Position numbers and translations under genes: made by a program
Assembly (NCBI GenBank): GCA_051362555.1
Contig: JBPQGU010000016.1
Location: forward strand, 1,612,001-1,676,000
Reading direction: 5' to 3'
DNA from: Lingula anatina
Taxonomy: Eukaryota > Animalia > Brachiopoda
Length of the DNA: 64,000 bases
Shown: in pieces, positions 51,724 to 64,000 of the stretch
Layout of the letters: each line of letters starts with the position of its first letter
Position numbering within the stretch: position 1 is the stretch's first letter
Notes under the pieces: model-generated
The model's database searches: none
What the model saw: the letters and a program-made list of their open reading frames with translations, nothing else
What the model was told of the DNA's origin: nothing

Positions 51724-53110
51724 CTGAAAGAAAGATGGGTTGAAAAGATAGTGGTTTGTTAATGGTCGTCCGTCTGTAACATTGCCCGGTTGACAGTGAT
51801 GACAGTCAACGGATCAAAAACACAACACCCTTGGTTTACAGTAAAAAAATTGAACTATGAAGGGTCCTACATTGATTGCAGATGAAGACAAAAAGGTAGA
51901 GTCAGCTTTTAGACCTGAATTTTAGCAAATTTTTGATCCAAAATGATTCAATCGTGGTTCTTTTTTAAATTAAATTTGCAACATTGCGTACTGTGTATAT
52001 CATGAAAAATGTTACAACATGCCCGACAGATGTTAACTATATTGTAGTCACACGCACGTCCCAATTGCCAATGTCATGCAGATAAAGACCTTTTTCATAT
52101 TCAATTTTTTTTACAAGTACCTGTAGGCTTCGCCGTCTGGGTGGATATCACGACATCTTTTTTCTGTTCCTCTTCAGCTTTCTTTCTATACCTTCCTTTC
52201 AGGTTTTTCATGATGTCTCGATATTTCTTGTCAAATGTGCGCTGTTTTCTGTCCTTCTCTTCAATTTTCTGAAGCACGAAAAAAGGCAGGAGTGTTAAAT
52301 CTCAAAAATAGGCTCGTCTATCAAATTCACCATCAAGTTAATGTCCCATGTTATTTGAAGTAAGTTATATTATTATCATTTAGAAGTTTTTTTTTTTTTT
52401 GGTTTATAATAATGTTGGGAATAAAACATAACATATAAAAAATAATATAATAATTGCTGCACTTCTAAAGAAACGATATAAAGAAAATATGTTCTAGATA
52501 TCGAAAATGTTGGAGGTAAACAGCGTTTTCAACAGTAACAGTTGTTTGATTATGATTTCAGTTCATCTTTCCAACATCCCCTATAGTTTGCTATAGTGAC
52601 TCAATCAAGATATCTAGGATTTATGCTATACTATTGAAGCTAAATTATTATTTTTCAAGCTTACGACATTACAAGCTTACGAAAAATTCTACCAGAGTGC
52701 TCTGGGATTTAATGTTAAAGGCATACTTCAATATCGCCTTGATACAACAGTACAATCCAGTTCAAAAATGAATTTGAAGGAAAAAAAAAACAAACCTTTC
52801 CCATTTCTTACTATTTCATTTTATATTATTAATCGATTTATTTATTTTTCGTCATTTAAATCCATTTGAGCCATGACGCACCTTTCTACTGGGTCCCTTG
52901 CATTTCTTGCAGGTGAGAAGATAAAACAACCATTTGGGGCTGGGGATTAAGTTAAAGGGGATGGGGAGAGTAGATCCTTCCCCTATATACTCTAACCATA
53001 GCCTTGTCCTAGCAGCCTTCCATTCGATGTCTGCATCGTTCTGTAAATAGTTTGAATTGTGCATGTAGAGATAACATACCGTATAATACTGCTCATTTTG
53101 CTTTACTATT

Positions 53111-53141
<31 letters not shown>

Positions 53142-56100
53142 GGTTTATTGTAATGAATCTATAAGACAAAATATGAACGATTCTACTCAATATCCCATAC
53201 TTACATTTATTACTTCAAAAGAGATTGTCATCATAGCAATGAGCATATTGATCAACATAATAACGATGACAATATGGAATATAGCCACCATGATGAACCC
53301 AACAATCTCCACAAATTCGTGCTTCATGTGGATTTCTACGGAACTCGAGTCTCCCAGGCCAAAGATGGACCACATTAGAGTGCGAAATGTGTTGAAGAAT
53401 CTGAAAAAACGTGAATGTACGGGGCTTTATGCTAAAACAGATATGCAAATACAAATAGACCTATGGCAAACTTTTTTCTGTATACAAAATGCAAAAAAAA
53501 TGAACATAGAAGTGCTCGACTTAAATGGTCCATTTAGTGACCTTGAAAAATATTATTCATATTCCATGTTAAAATAAGATAATACAAGTAAAATAAAAAA
53601 GTCCACTATTTATGATAAATATACTAGAACCTGTTTTCATCGCGGCGGCTACAAATAGTTACCCGTGGAATGCAGAATTAGTCTTAGACCCATCTGGGAG
53701 TGTTTGGCCCGCATAGAAGTGGTAATGGTTGTGCAGTCCAACCGTGAAGGCTATGAACACAATTAGCAGCAATGCAGCAAAGCGAAAGACATCTGTGATC
53801 ATCTTGCCTAAAAGTTAACAAGTCACGTGTTGTTCAAAAAGCGTGAGTCCATACGTCATAATGAGAAAAAATACGACAAACAAGAGACAAATCTGACTTG
53901 AAGATTTTGACACATCATAAATACTGCCGCTATGACGAAGGAAAGAGAGGCATTCTCTTTTGTCAAAACCATGACAAAAAATAACCTTACTGTAATGTAT
54001 CCATGTTTATGCATGTAGGTATATTCATAACAAAAGCATAATGACTTTAATCATGATATGGGCACTTACCCAAAACAACTAGAAGTGGGCCGACAGACTC
54101 AAAAGTAGGTAAAATGTACACCAGTCTAGAGAAACTAATGATGTTCGCCAACGCAAACAGGGCATCTGAAATTATTTCTGGATCATCTGGCTCCCATTCG
54201 AACCGACCTGAAATACAAAAAAGTAAGTGTTAAAATGGTACGCCTGGAGAATATCTTTACCGTTTAAAAATGTATAATAAACGATCAACTAAGACTGGGT
54301 TTCCATAAACCTTTTGCACTAGCAGGATGGATGAACGTAACTAAAATATAAGGCATGAATAACACAACCTGAATCATGCGTAGTGCAGAAAACTATGCTC
54401 AACCAACCTTTCTTGTAATAATATGCGTACGCTTCTGTTGTATTTTGGTTAACTCCCAATGCGGCTTGTCTTGTCTTGACAATCGAAACTATACGACTGA
54501 CAAACGAGGCAAAATAAAATATAATCAAGAGCATATCCAGAATGTTGAAGGCGCTGTGGAAGTAACGCGTCCCTTGTTGACGCAACTGCTTCATCTCAGC
54601 CCAAAAATAACCTATGAAGTAAAATGAAATGTTTTTTTTTAATTTATTTTTCTATGATATTAGCATTAAAACACCCCAATCGGTCACTAGTAAGTTAAAG
54701 GGTTTGCTTCATGCCGTCAGAATGGCCTGAACGGAACATATTCTTCAGAAAACATGCCCAACTAACGATATCTTTATCCAAATACACAAATTAAAAGCTC
54801 ATTTTGTAAATTTTTGGCTTTAAAAAACGTCCCATTTGCTCGGCCTGGGAGTTAATGAGCTACGTGGTCACGTGGTCCAATGACGACAATCGAGCCACTG
54901 GAGAACAGAGCGTGCTTAGCTGTCAAACTGAGCTGCATTGTCTACCTGTAAGATGACTTCTCTGGCTTCTGATAAAAGTTTATACTCATTCAAATCTCTT
55001 ACCCGAGGGGTCTAAATCCTCGTGAAGCTGTGTAAAACCATTTCCCGTCTAGTCATTTCTTTAACAAGCATTTCATTATGGTTATCCCAATGTTATGTAC
55101 CTTTACATATACATATGAGATGAATGTCCTAAACTTATATAATTTAGAACGCTTAATTCAAGCGTGGGCTCGAAATAGGACATTACGTTTTAAACTTACT
55201 CAGTGGATAACGCGATTCAAAATTCCACGGTTCGTGTCAGCTTTCCGTATGGTCGCGCAAAGAAAACCCAAGTCCACATAATGACCAGTTTAATGGTTTA
55301 TTGGTTGACGATCTCTAACTACATGTTCTATACGTGAAGCCTCCAAGCTCTTGGCCGTCTCCCATAGCTCCGTCGAGCGGTCACCTTCGAGTCTTCTTCA
55401 GTCTACCCCCCGATATTAATTCTATACGTCTTTTATACCTATTTCTTATCTTTAGGTGGATTCTGTGCTGCAGTATTTGGCGGTACATACTAATTTTAAT
55501 TATTCAAATTGCACACGTCCACTTAAGTTACATGACTTCAGGTAAGGCCATAAAACGAGTCGAGTGCACAAGCAATCGACTCTAATCAAATTAATTTACA
55601 TGTCCGGGAATTATATTTGTGAACACTACACCAAGTTGTATAAAACACTGCATTTGAATGAGTTAAGGGAAATGTTGATTATTGCATATGAGGTCCATGT
55701 TATTTGTGAAATTCAATTTATTTTATTAAACCGCTGACACTCCGTCTTGCATACTTTTATTAAACTGAGGTAAACAATGCCCGTTACCTTTACAAGTCCT
55801 ATCTTAATCATCCATCTAACTGGAACTTCCTTTACCTCTTAATTAGAGGGTTAAATGGCATTCAATTTGTCTTGCTTGTATCGAACGCACTCTCTATCTA
55901 AGCTTTACTCCAGTTATCTCAGGTAAAAATCTACCTGTGCATTAGTTACAAAGCGCAGCTCCCGTAGACCTGGGGGTACTAGATAAAATCTGAACACCAT
56001 GTTTATCGAGGAGCTAGAGAAAGAAAGGAAGAATTTTTCCTGCACAACTTCATAGGAATTTTAACACGGATTTGACCCAGCTTAGACCTCCAAACTAACA

Positions 56101-59100
56101 GGGTGACATGGGCAATTTTCACAAACAAATCATAAAACTATATTTCAGTTAACCGCCTTTAAAATAAATATACCGTTCTGGGTAAATTAAAATAGTTATT
56201 AAATCGCAAGAATATTTTTGACTTAAATGATGATTTTATTATTAATGGAAATTAAGCTACTATATGAGGTACATTTGCTGTGATTACGCTGTCCTTCATG
56301 TTTTGCGTATGTCTACATTTTGCTGTATGTGCTTGTAATCTTTTTAAATATGTGCGTACAATTTTTGCAGGTCTGGTTACCCCCCTGTTATGTGATGAGA
56401 GTATTAATTTTGCAATTAATTCCTTAGCTTATTTGAATAGAATTGCAGTGTAAAATTTTCAACAAGATGTTGGCGAAATAGCCCATTACTCTTTGTAGGT
56501 ATTTCCCCCGTCAAAGTTTGTCTAAAATTATCTTTCAATCTTTACTCTTTCAAAGACAGTATAAAGTTACCTGACATATTTTCGTGTAAACTTAATGACA
56601 AGCCAAGTGTCTCCAGTTCATTCCGTACTCAATTTTACCCAAGCAAATTTTTTTCTTGAGTAGATCTTTATAGCACGGTGTTATAAGCCTACAAATTTGC
56701 AAAAAAAAAAAAAAAATTGCGTACTGACGCAGAATTTGCATTTCAAGTTATAAAATAATCAATCTTTTAAATTATTTAATATTTCAGATGAAATAATCTT
56801 CAGAAACAAATCCTCAAAGCGTAAACGAATTAGGATAATGAACCATTTTATTATAGCAGTTCCCATTTTTTCTTTAATATAACGCTCTTTTTCCTGTTTT
56901 TCCTCAACACGTTTTCTTCCACGGAAGCTTCAAGATACCCTGAGAGCAATTTCTTTTATTAATGTTCGCGACCGTGTTTGAACTTAATTGTTTAAGTATT
57001 GATATTTAACGTCATTTACAAATACCAAAAAAATAACCCCATGAAATAAATGAGATATATTGAAAAATATGAAAGCCCACCAAGACGAGTTTCATACCTG
57101 TTATTACCTGGCTTGGGAATTGCAGCGGTGCATAATTAACAGGTTTGTTGTAAACGAGCTTTTGGTCAACTACAATGCATTTAAAATGCATCAGCAATCA
57201 GTACGGTAAAGTCTTGAAAATTTCGTCGCTTAAAAATTAATTAATATTTTTAATTGTGTAAATCCGACTAATTTTTCAAAATTACCTCTCCCCGACTCCT
57301 GGGTATGACGAAATTTTCAAAAATCCGGCCTTTGGGCTTTTATCCTTAGCGGCTGTTATCTTTGATCCTCATATATTGCGGGATATTTATTACTACTTCC
57401 TAAGTCGTTTTCTGGTGGTAAATAATAATCTATTTATTACTGCATCTCGATTAAGTTATATTTGACTTACTGTACCCGGTAAGAAACATACCTCCTGATA
57501 GAGGAAAAGGATCAAGATAAGCCTAATTGCCTCCTTGCACATAACCTGGATTTTAAAAAAATACGCAGTTGGCAACGTTTGTTGCAGGTAGGACTTTTCC
57601 CAGGATTGAGTGTTAGGCCTTCTAAAATTATCATCTGTAACTTCCTAAAAAATTACAGGGAGTTAAAATAATTGATCCCGCTGACGATCTTCCGCAATTT
57701 AAGTTCCTTGAACTAATATGAAAACTGCATTTTATTATTGCTTACATCGCGAACGATCTCCCGATGATGATATGAAAATTGGCTTTTCGTCCCGCTCGGA
57801 TCGCGAACGATCTCCCTCTGATATGATCTTACGCGAACAAAGTCCTGCCGATATTACGCAAACGATTCTTCGCCGAAGATATATCGTGAGCGGGTGAGGG
57901 GCTGATTAAAGATAAAATGAAAATGTTTTTAAATCAAAGTGTGTGTGTGTGTGTGTTTGGGGGGGGGGGGGGGGGGGGGGTAAATAATGATCTCCCGCTG
58001 ACGATCTTCCGCGAACGAAGTTCCCTAAATCCCTTGAAAAAACATAAAAATTGCATTTCATTCTTGCTTACATCGCAAACGATCTGGCGATGATCATCTT
58101 ACACGAACGATTCTCCGCCGAAGATATGCCGTGAGCGGGGAAGGGGGGGTTAAAGATAAAATGAAAAATTTATATTATTTATAAAATTCAAAGGGAGGGG
58201 TTAGAATAATGATCTCCCGCTGACGATCTTTTGCAAACTATGTTCCTTGAGCTAATTTGAAAATTGCATTTCATTCTTGCTAACATCGCGAACGATCTCC
58301 CGATGATGAAATGAAAATTGCCTTTTCGTCGAGCTCGGATCCCGAACGATCTCCCTCTGACGATCTAACGCGAACTATTTTCCGCTGAATATATGCCGTG
58401 AGCGGGAGAAGGGGGGGGGGGGTTTAAAGATAAAATGAAAAATATATGCTATTTATAAAATTTAAAGGGGGAGGGGGGTTAAAATAATGATCTCCTGCTG
58501 ACGATCTTTCACGAACGAAGTTCCCTTGAACTAATATGAAAAGTGCATTTTATTCTCGCTTACATCGCGAACGATCTCCCGGTGAAGATATGAAGATTGC
58601 CTTTTCGTCTCTCTCGAATCGCAAACGATCTTCCGCTGATGATCTTACGCGAACGGAGTCCGCTACAAATATGAAAATTATCTTCTCATCTCGTTTGGAT
58701 CACGAACGATCTGTTGACGATATTACGCACAAGATTCTCCGCTGAAGATATGAAAATTGCCATCTTGTCCCATTCGCATTGCGAACGATCTCCATGTACG
58801 AGCCAGGTAATCGTAAAATGGTCCTAAATTGAACATGGACATGAATAGAAGTGACGGGTACATTTCCCTTCGAGATAATATCTTGATTTTTTCATAGTGT
58901 CTTCCTTATTTAGGACAGCCGCCGATAACAATAACGGCGTTACGAATGACAAAGCCGCGGCCTGTGACTTCTATTTGCCGGCTTGATAACGCACCTTGAG
59001 CCAGGTAATAGAAATGAGACAAAAGGCCGACGTTCCCGCAATTAAGAACGGGAATTCACATCTTAACCACCTATATTGTGAGTAACCGCTCGCAGGGGCG

Positions 59101-61504
59101 CACTATTGTTCCTATCTCCCATTGAGAGTGTTATCGGCAATGATATCCTGATCGTATCATTGTCTTGAATCAACTGACGCATTACCTTCATGTTTGAGCT
59201 GGACAACGCGGCCATATTTGGCGACGAACTTTTCAAAAATTATAGAGTACCTCATTTTCAAGGTCGACGAAGTTTTCAAAGGGAAAAAAATTACCTCGGC
59301 GGAAAATCGTCTGCCGACGAAATTTTCAAGACTTTACCGTAAGTTTGCCAACTGATGACAGTTAATCTGAAAGACTACCAGCTCTTGATATGATCTAAAC
59401 CACCTGAGGTGACCATGATCTAGAGCATCGCAACTTTTGTCACCGAAGTTAGTAAGTAAGTCACGGAAGACCGTCACAGACAAAGAAAGATTGTCAACGA
59501 GAGCTGCAATTTTGGTGAATCCCACGGCAACACACCGAGGCATAACGAAAATTCCTCAACTCCGTTCAACACAACTTTCCTTAACTTCTCCGTCTGTATG
59601 CACAATGCAGCTCAGTTGAGTCTCATAGACCTTTATCGTGATTGTCGTCACAGTACCACGTGACCCAGATCTGTTGCTTCATTTTTGCATATTGAGGTGA
59701 GGTTTACTAAAACGCTTTTTTTCTACTAATAGATTGTTTTTATAATTTTTAAATGGCGGGGATCGATTAAAACATATCTCTAGTGTATAGATTGAGTGCT
59801 GTATCTTCAAAATTCGAGAAATGGATTTTTACATGAACATTGTCCTTTAAGATCGTTAAAGATAAAATATAAATTTCTTATTCAATGGTTACTCATGACA
59901 AAACACGTGTAGTTGAAAAGTATTGGTAATTTAGTTAACACTGTGGTTATCGGAATTTGTTCATTAGGAATTTGATAAGCTGATATTGTGACAATCATGT
60001 ATCCAAGAAATTGTAATTGTTTAACTTTTTTTCGTGAAAATATCTGGTTAGTACTGGTATATTGTATAGGTATATTGTCAGTACTGTGTTGATGGCCGAC
60101 AGCACACAAGATTTACAACAACTTCTAAGTTCACTACAAACCGAAAGCCACAAAAGAGGTTTGACTATCAATATAAAGAAAACAAAGATCATGGTACTAA
60201 GCAAAAAGACCGAAACACCTCGTTGCAACATCTTTCTCGATGGAGAGAAGTTGGAACAAACGAATCAAGTTGTCAATTCAGGTAGTCTGTTGACGTCAGA
60301 CTGCAGATGTGACAAAGAAATTAGAAGAAGAATAGTTCTTGCTAAAAAGGCCTTCACAAAGAAGAAGTCGATCCTGACAGGCATGAAGCTCGGAATTACT
60401 CTACAACTATGATTATTGAAGTGCTATGTATGGTCAACACTGCTTTACGGCTGCAAAAGTTGGACCATGAATTCAAGCTGTAGATGGAAACTAGAAGCAG
60501 CAGAGATGTGGTGCTATAGAAGAATGACGAGGATATCATGGGTGAAGATAATTTCTAACGAACGTGTGCTGGAGATGGTAGGAATGAGAAACAAGGCAGC
60601 AAAGCTGTCAAATGTACAGACAAAAAGCAGACAATAACAATGCACAAAATAGGCTACTGTCAATTCTGATGCAAAAGTACATTATGCTTAACTGCAAATT
60701 CAACATCAAATTTTAATTATGCTCAACAGGTAATACCAATGTAAGTGAAATGTGTAACAAGCGTAAGGCTTCAGGCCCATGGAAGTTTAAGTTCACACTT
60801 TGAAAATGCCAGAATGAGAAAAATGAAAATTTCACATAAAACTGCTTAAATTCAATAATAAATGATAACCCATTTGAGCTGGCTTTCTTATTTGAACTGC
60901 ATGCCAATCCTACAAATCATACTTGTAAGTTGAAAATAATAATAAGTAATACAGTCTCTTTTCATAATGTTTGTAGTAGCAGTGCAAAAAGATTTTTGTC
61001 AATTTTGATGTAACATTACATAATAAATTACAGAATAATTATCACCAATTTTTGATTATTGACTATAAATAGCATGGGCATGTAGAAAATTTGATTACCA
61101 TTTGGCTTTATGGCCATGGGAGCTTCGAGTCCCACAATAAATATGCCAACATGATAAAAGTGAATATTTTACTAAAATGTATAACTTCCAGAAAAAGAAG
61201 CCAATTAGACTGCTTTTCCAACTCAGGCTGCATTTTAGTCTTTAGTTTCTTTTTTGAAAGTTTGACAATCATAAGTAACATGGTTTTCCCATAATGGTCA
61301 TCATGGCAGCAGCACCCAAAATTGTGTTTTCTTCTATTTTAATGCAATATTACATAATGCTTAACAGCAGAATGACCCTCAGTTTTTAATATTAAAGATC
61401 TGTATCATGGATTTTCAGAAAATGTGATTAGCATGGGTCTTCAAGCTCGTGGAGGTTCTTAAGTCACACCTTGAAAATGCCAATAGATAAAAATTAAATT
61501 TTCA

Positions 61505-61560
<56 letters not shown>

Positions 61561-64000
61561 AGTTTAACTGCCAGAAAAATTTACCAAACAGACTGCATTG
61601 GCCACTGAAGCTTTATTCATGTCCCATGTTTCTATCCTGTAAGTTTGAGAACAGTAATGACAGGTTTTCCTTAAATGGTCATCATGGGAGCAGTGCCAAA
61701 AATAGGGGTTTCTTCAAATTTTGATGCAATATTACATAATGTTTAACAGGATAATAACCATCAATTTTTAATAATAAAATATTAGTATCATGGATATTCA
61801 GAAAATGTGCCTAGCAAAGGTCTTCAGACCCAAGGAACTTCAAAGTCATACCTTCAAAATGCCAAAATGTAGACAAGACAGCACTGTCCTGAAATGTTTT
61901 TTTTTTTTTCATTTTTAACAATTTTTTAACATATAACAAAATTAACAATTTACTGCCATTTTTATATGATCAACTTAGAAAATTGATGAGATGGGAAAAA
62001 TATCAATAGAACAGTGTTTAATGTCCAATTTCCTCCATTCTGAGTTTCTGAACATAGTGAATGAATGAATCTGACAAACTGCAATGATATGAGTTTTTTT
62101 TTCCATTTTTGAAACTCTATTTTACAATACATGATGACAAGTTTACCATCATTTTTACATAATCAACTAACAATGTTGTAAAGATGCAGGAAATGTCAAA
62201 CAAACACTTTTACGAATCTTATTAGTTAAATAATGAGACAGTTAACATGCCTAAGAATTGAATCTGAGGAAATGTGAAAAAACAGCATAACTTATAAAAT
62301 AATGGCCCGATTATGCTGATTTTCGAACTTGACCTGCATTTTAGTAAGACTGATTACTCCTGTGAGTTTCATGACAACAGGTCTATCGGTTTTCCTTGAA
62401 ATGTGTTAACAGTGTTGCATATATGCTGAAAAGTGAAAAAACAGCATAACTACTAAAATAGTGGCCCGATCATGCCGATTTTCGAACTTGATCTGTGTTT
62501 TAGTAAGATTGATTATTCCTGTGAGTTTCATGACAACAGGCCTATCGGTTTTCCTTGAAATGTGTTAACAGTGTTGCATATATGCTAAAAAGTGAAAAAA
62601 CAGCATAAATTCTTCAATAATGGCCCGATCATGCTGATTTTCGAACTTGACCTGCGTTTTATGAATATTAGTCAGCTCTGTTAATATAAAACCAAAAAGT
62701 AAAACTGTCTTCCACTTATGGTGTTAACGCTGAAAGTGCACGGCGACGGCGACATGATCGGCGACGGCGACGGCGACGGCGACGACAGACGCAGGTGATG
62801 GCAATATGTACAGACACATCTGTGTCTGTACATAAAAATCTGTTGGTCACCATCAGAAAGCGGCAGCTGAAATTTGTAGTACATGTGGTGAGGAAAGGAG
62901 GACTGGAGAAACAAATACTGGAAGGGAAGACATCGGGCAAGAGGCAGCTACAAGGGAGAAAAAGACTCAATTTTATGGGGGGTGGAGTCGAATGTTGGGT
63001 GTAGTGCCGTGGAAATGTTGCGCCAGGCGAGTGACCGGAAAGGTTTCAGAGAGATGGTAGCCGACGTCAGTCCCTGAGATGGTACCCAAAGAAGAAAACT
63101 GATATATTAACTGGTATATTAACACCATAACTTTATGATGTTAGCATTGCTTACATTGTAATTGTGTCTTACCTATCACGTAGACAAATATTGCATACTC
63201 GGACCATCGGAAATCTGTGGCATGAGCAACGTTTGCTTTATCATCAGGTAAAAAGTACATCGTCAGGATCAGAAGAAACGTGAAATAGGACAAGCTGTGA
63301 GTGTAAAATTTGATACAAGGAGTCCTCAAGAACGTGTTGTTCCACTTGATGAATTTACTCTACAAAAAGAAAGAAACGATACACTACATTATTGTACCAG
63401 TGCTAACAATGAAGTCAGCGATTGAGACATTTCCAAATTTTCATTCACGAAGAAATTACATTCATCTAATAGCTTTCATCAATCAATATTCAACAATTAC
63501 CGTAATAAAAGTCTTTCTGCAGACCAATTAAACATGAGTGTTGTGATGATGATATAACATGTTTGACTGCTACAATAATAATTAGATTCGCTTAATCAAA
63601 TTATTGTATATAAGCAAAGTTACTTTAATGTTCTTTGGACCTCGAGTTGAATACGTTAGTGCCTGCGTCTGTCCAGTGCACTTTAAGAGAATGACAACTG
63701 ATTTTTACATAAGAGAATTACCCTAACGAAGCCTACGGGTTCAACAGGCAGAATTTAAAAATATCCTGCCTGTCTCTCAAATTTTACCGGTACAGACTGT
63801 GAAAAAAGGGCTTTAGGAAATGTTTTAACGTGTGATAATAAATCAAACGGACGTTTACACCTGTTCACCATACCTTCTTTTCCAATGTTTCAAAGGCTCC
63901 GAACAAAATATACGTCAAGAACAACAAAATCCAAACTGGCAACGCCAGCACGATGAAGATCGTCTTCAGAAATTTGCTTGTGGTCAGCAATCGACGCCTG
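51704..64000 (-). CDS. TRPC: Divergent TRPC-family cation channel, paralog C (5' part lies outside the window)
   Basis: Exons 63874->64000, 63173-63359, 54408-54611, 54070-54207, 53663-53807, 53205-53400, 52882-53040, 52121-52268, 51704-51723. Complete exons have the same lengths and phases as in paralog B, with no stops seen. [15 protein letters not shown] and [10 protein letters not shown] are present. Confidence 0.92.
57204..59339. mobile_element. Non-autonomous TIR element with TA target duplication (Tc1/pogo-like), nested in the Kolobok-like element
   Basis: Perfect inverted termini TA|CGGTAAAGTCTTGAAAATTTCGTCG ... CGACGAAATTTTCAAGACTTTACCG|TA. Subterminal acgaaattttcaa repeats. Confidence 0.85.
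57665..58795. repeat. Higher-order tandem repeat (~220-315 bp units built from cgcgaacgatct subrepeats)
   Basis: Units start with aataatgatctcccgctgacgatctt at ~57668, 57983, 58204 and 58483. Confidence 0.85.
60064..63109 (+). mobile_element. 5'-truncated RTE-clade LINE split by a HINE
   Basis: TVLMADS..LQ.LL...[13 protein letters not shown]...EIRRRI..AKKAF...[13 protein letters not shown]...[16 protein letters not shown]...SNERVL (60080-60590) resumes in register as [31 protein letters not shown] (62834 onward). Short GAA tail. TSD ACTGGTATATT at 60053-60063 and 63110-63120. Confidence 0.88.
60591..62833 (-). mobile_element. Complete non-autonomous Helentron (HINE/DINE-1-like) element
   Basis: On the - strand, in order: T-run, subTIR/IR hairpin ATGTACAGACAC-agat-GTGTCTGTACAT, (GTCGCC)n microsatellite, three ~159-bp internal repeats (62275-62660), subTIR TGTCTGTACAT, GACAGC-ttt-GCTG(C)C stem-loop, TTGTTT. 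Inserted in a T/A run with no TSD. Confidence 0.82.

Larger units (their letters stand above)
54699..59846. mobile_element. Kolobok-like DNA transposon (~5.1 kb including a nested element), intronic in paralog C
   Basis: TTAA|AGGGTTTGCTTCATG ... CATGAACATTGTCCT|TTAA. The flanks rejoin into sequence similar to the ~310-bp intron 4 of paralog A. Confidence 0.72.

Noticed and set aside
59334-59543. ORF starting MPRCVAVG, like a THAP domain of a Kolobok transposase
   Set aside because: Only the first eight codons fit, with no downstream C/H ligands or DDE domain visible. At most a remnant of an internally deleted element.
28993-64000. Paralogs B and C (or A) as uncollapsed haplotypes
   Set aside because: There are many amino-acid differences, diverged introns, different TE insertions, and A is inverted. 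This fits true paralogs better than alleles, though read depth was not available.

Overview
AT-rich, intron-containing animal (probably marine invertebrate) genomic DNA. It holds a cluster of three paralogous, strongly divergent TRPC-family cation channel genes whose exons can be rebuilt by hand with GT-AG junctions and matching phases. Paralog A lies on + (6784-21701), paralog B on - (36743-28993), and paralog C on - (runs off the right edge, ends at 51704). The predicted ~950-1000 aa channels have a long disordered N-terminus in place of ankyrin repeats 1-2. They also have an H-C-C-D variant of the zinc site, an EWKAAR TRP box, a His-rich outer pore with an acidic filter residue, and no visible C-terminal coiled coil. 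Their stop codons sit inside a 29/32-nt repeat that gives nearly the same C-terminus in several reading frames. The rest is mostly transposable elements, often nested: RTEX-, Tx1/L1- and RTE-type LINEs, a BEL/Pao remnant, Tc1, Harbinger, Kolobok-like, EnSpm and Helentron/HINE elements. There is also a very young gag-only Ty3/gypsy element with apparently identical LTRs. All calls come from reading the sequence by eye; no database search was run.
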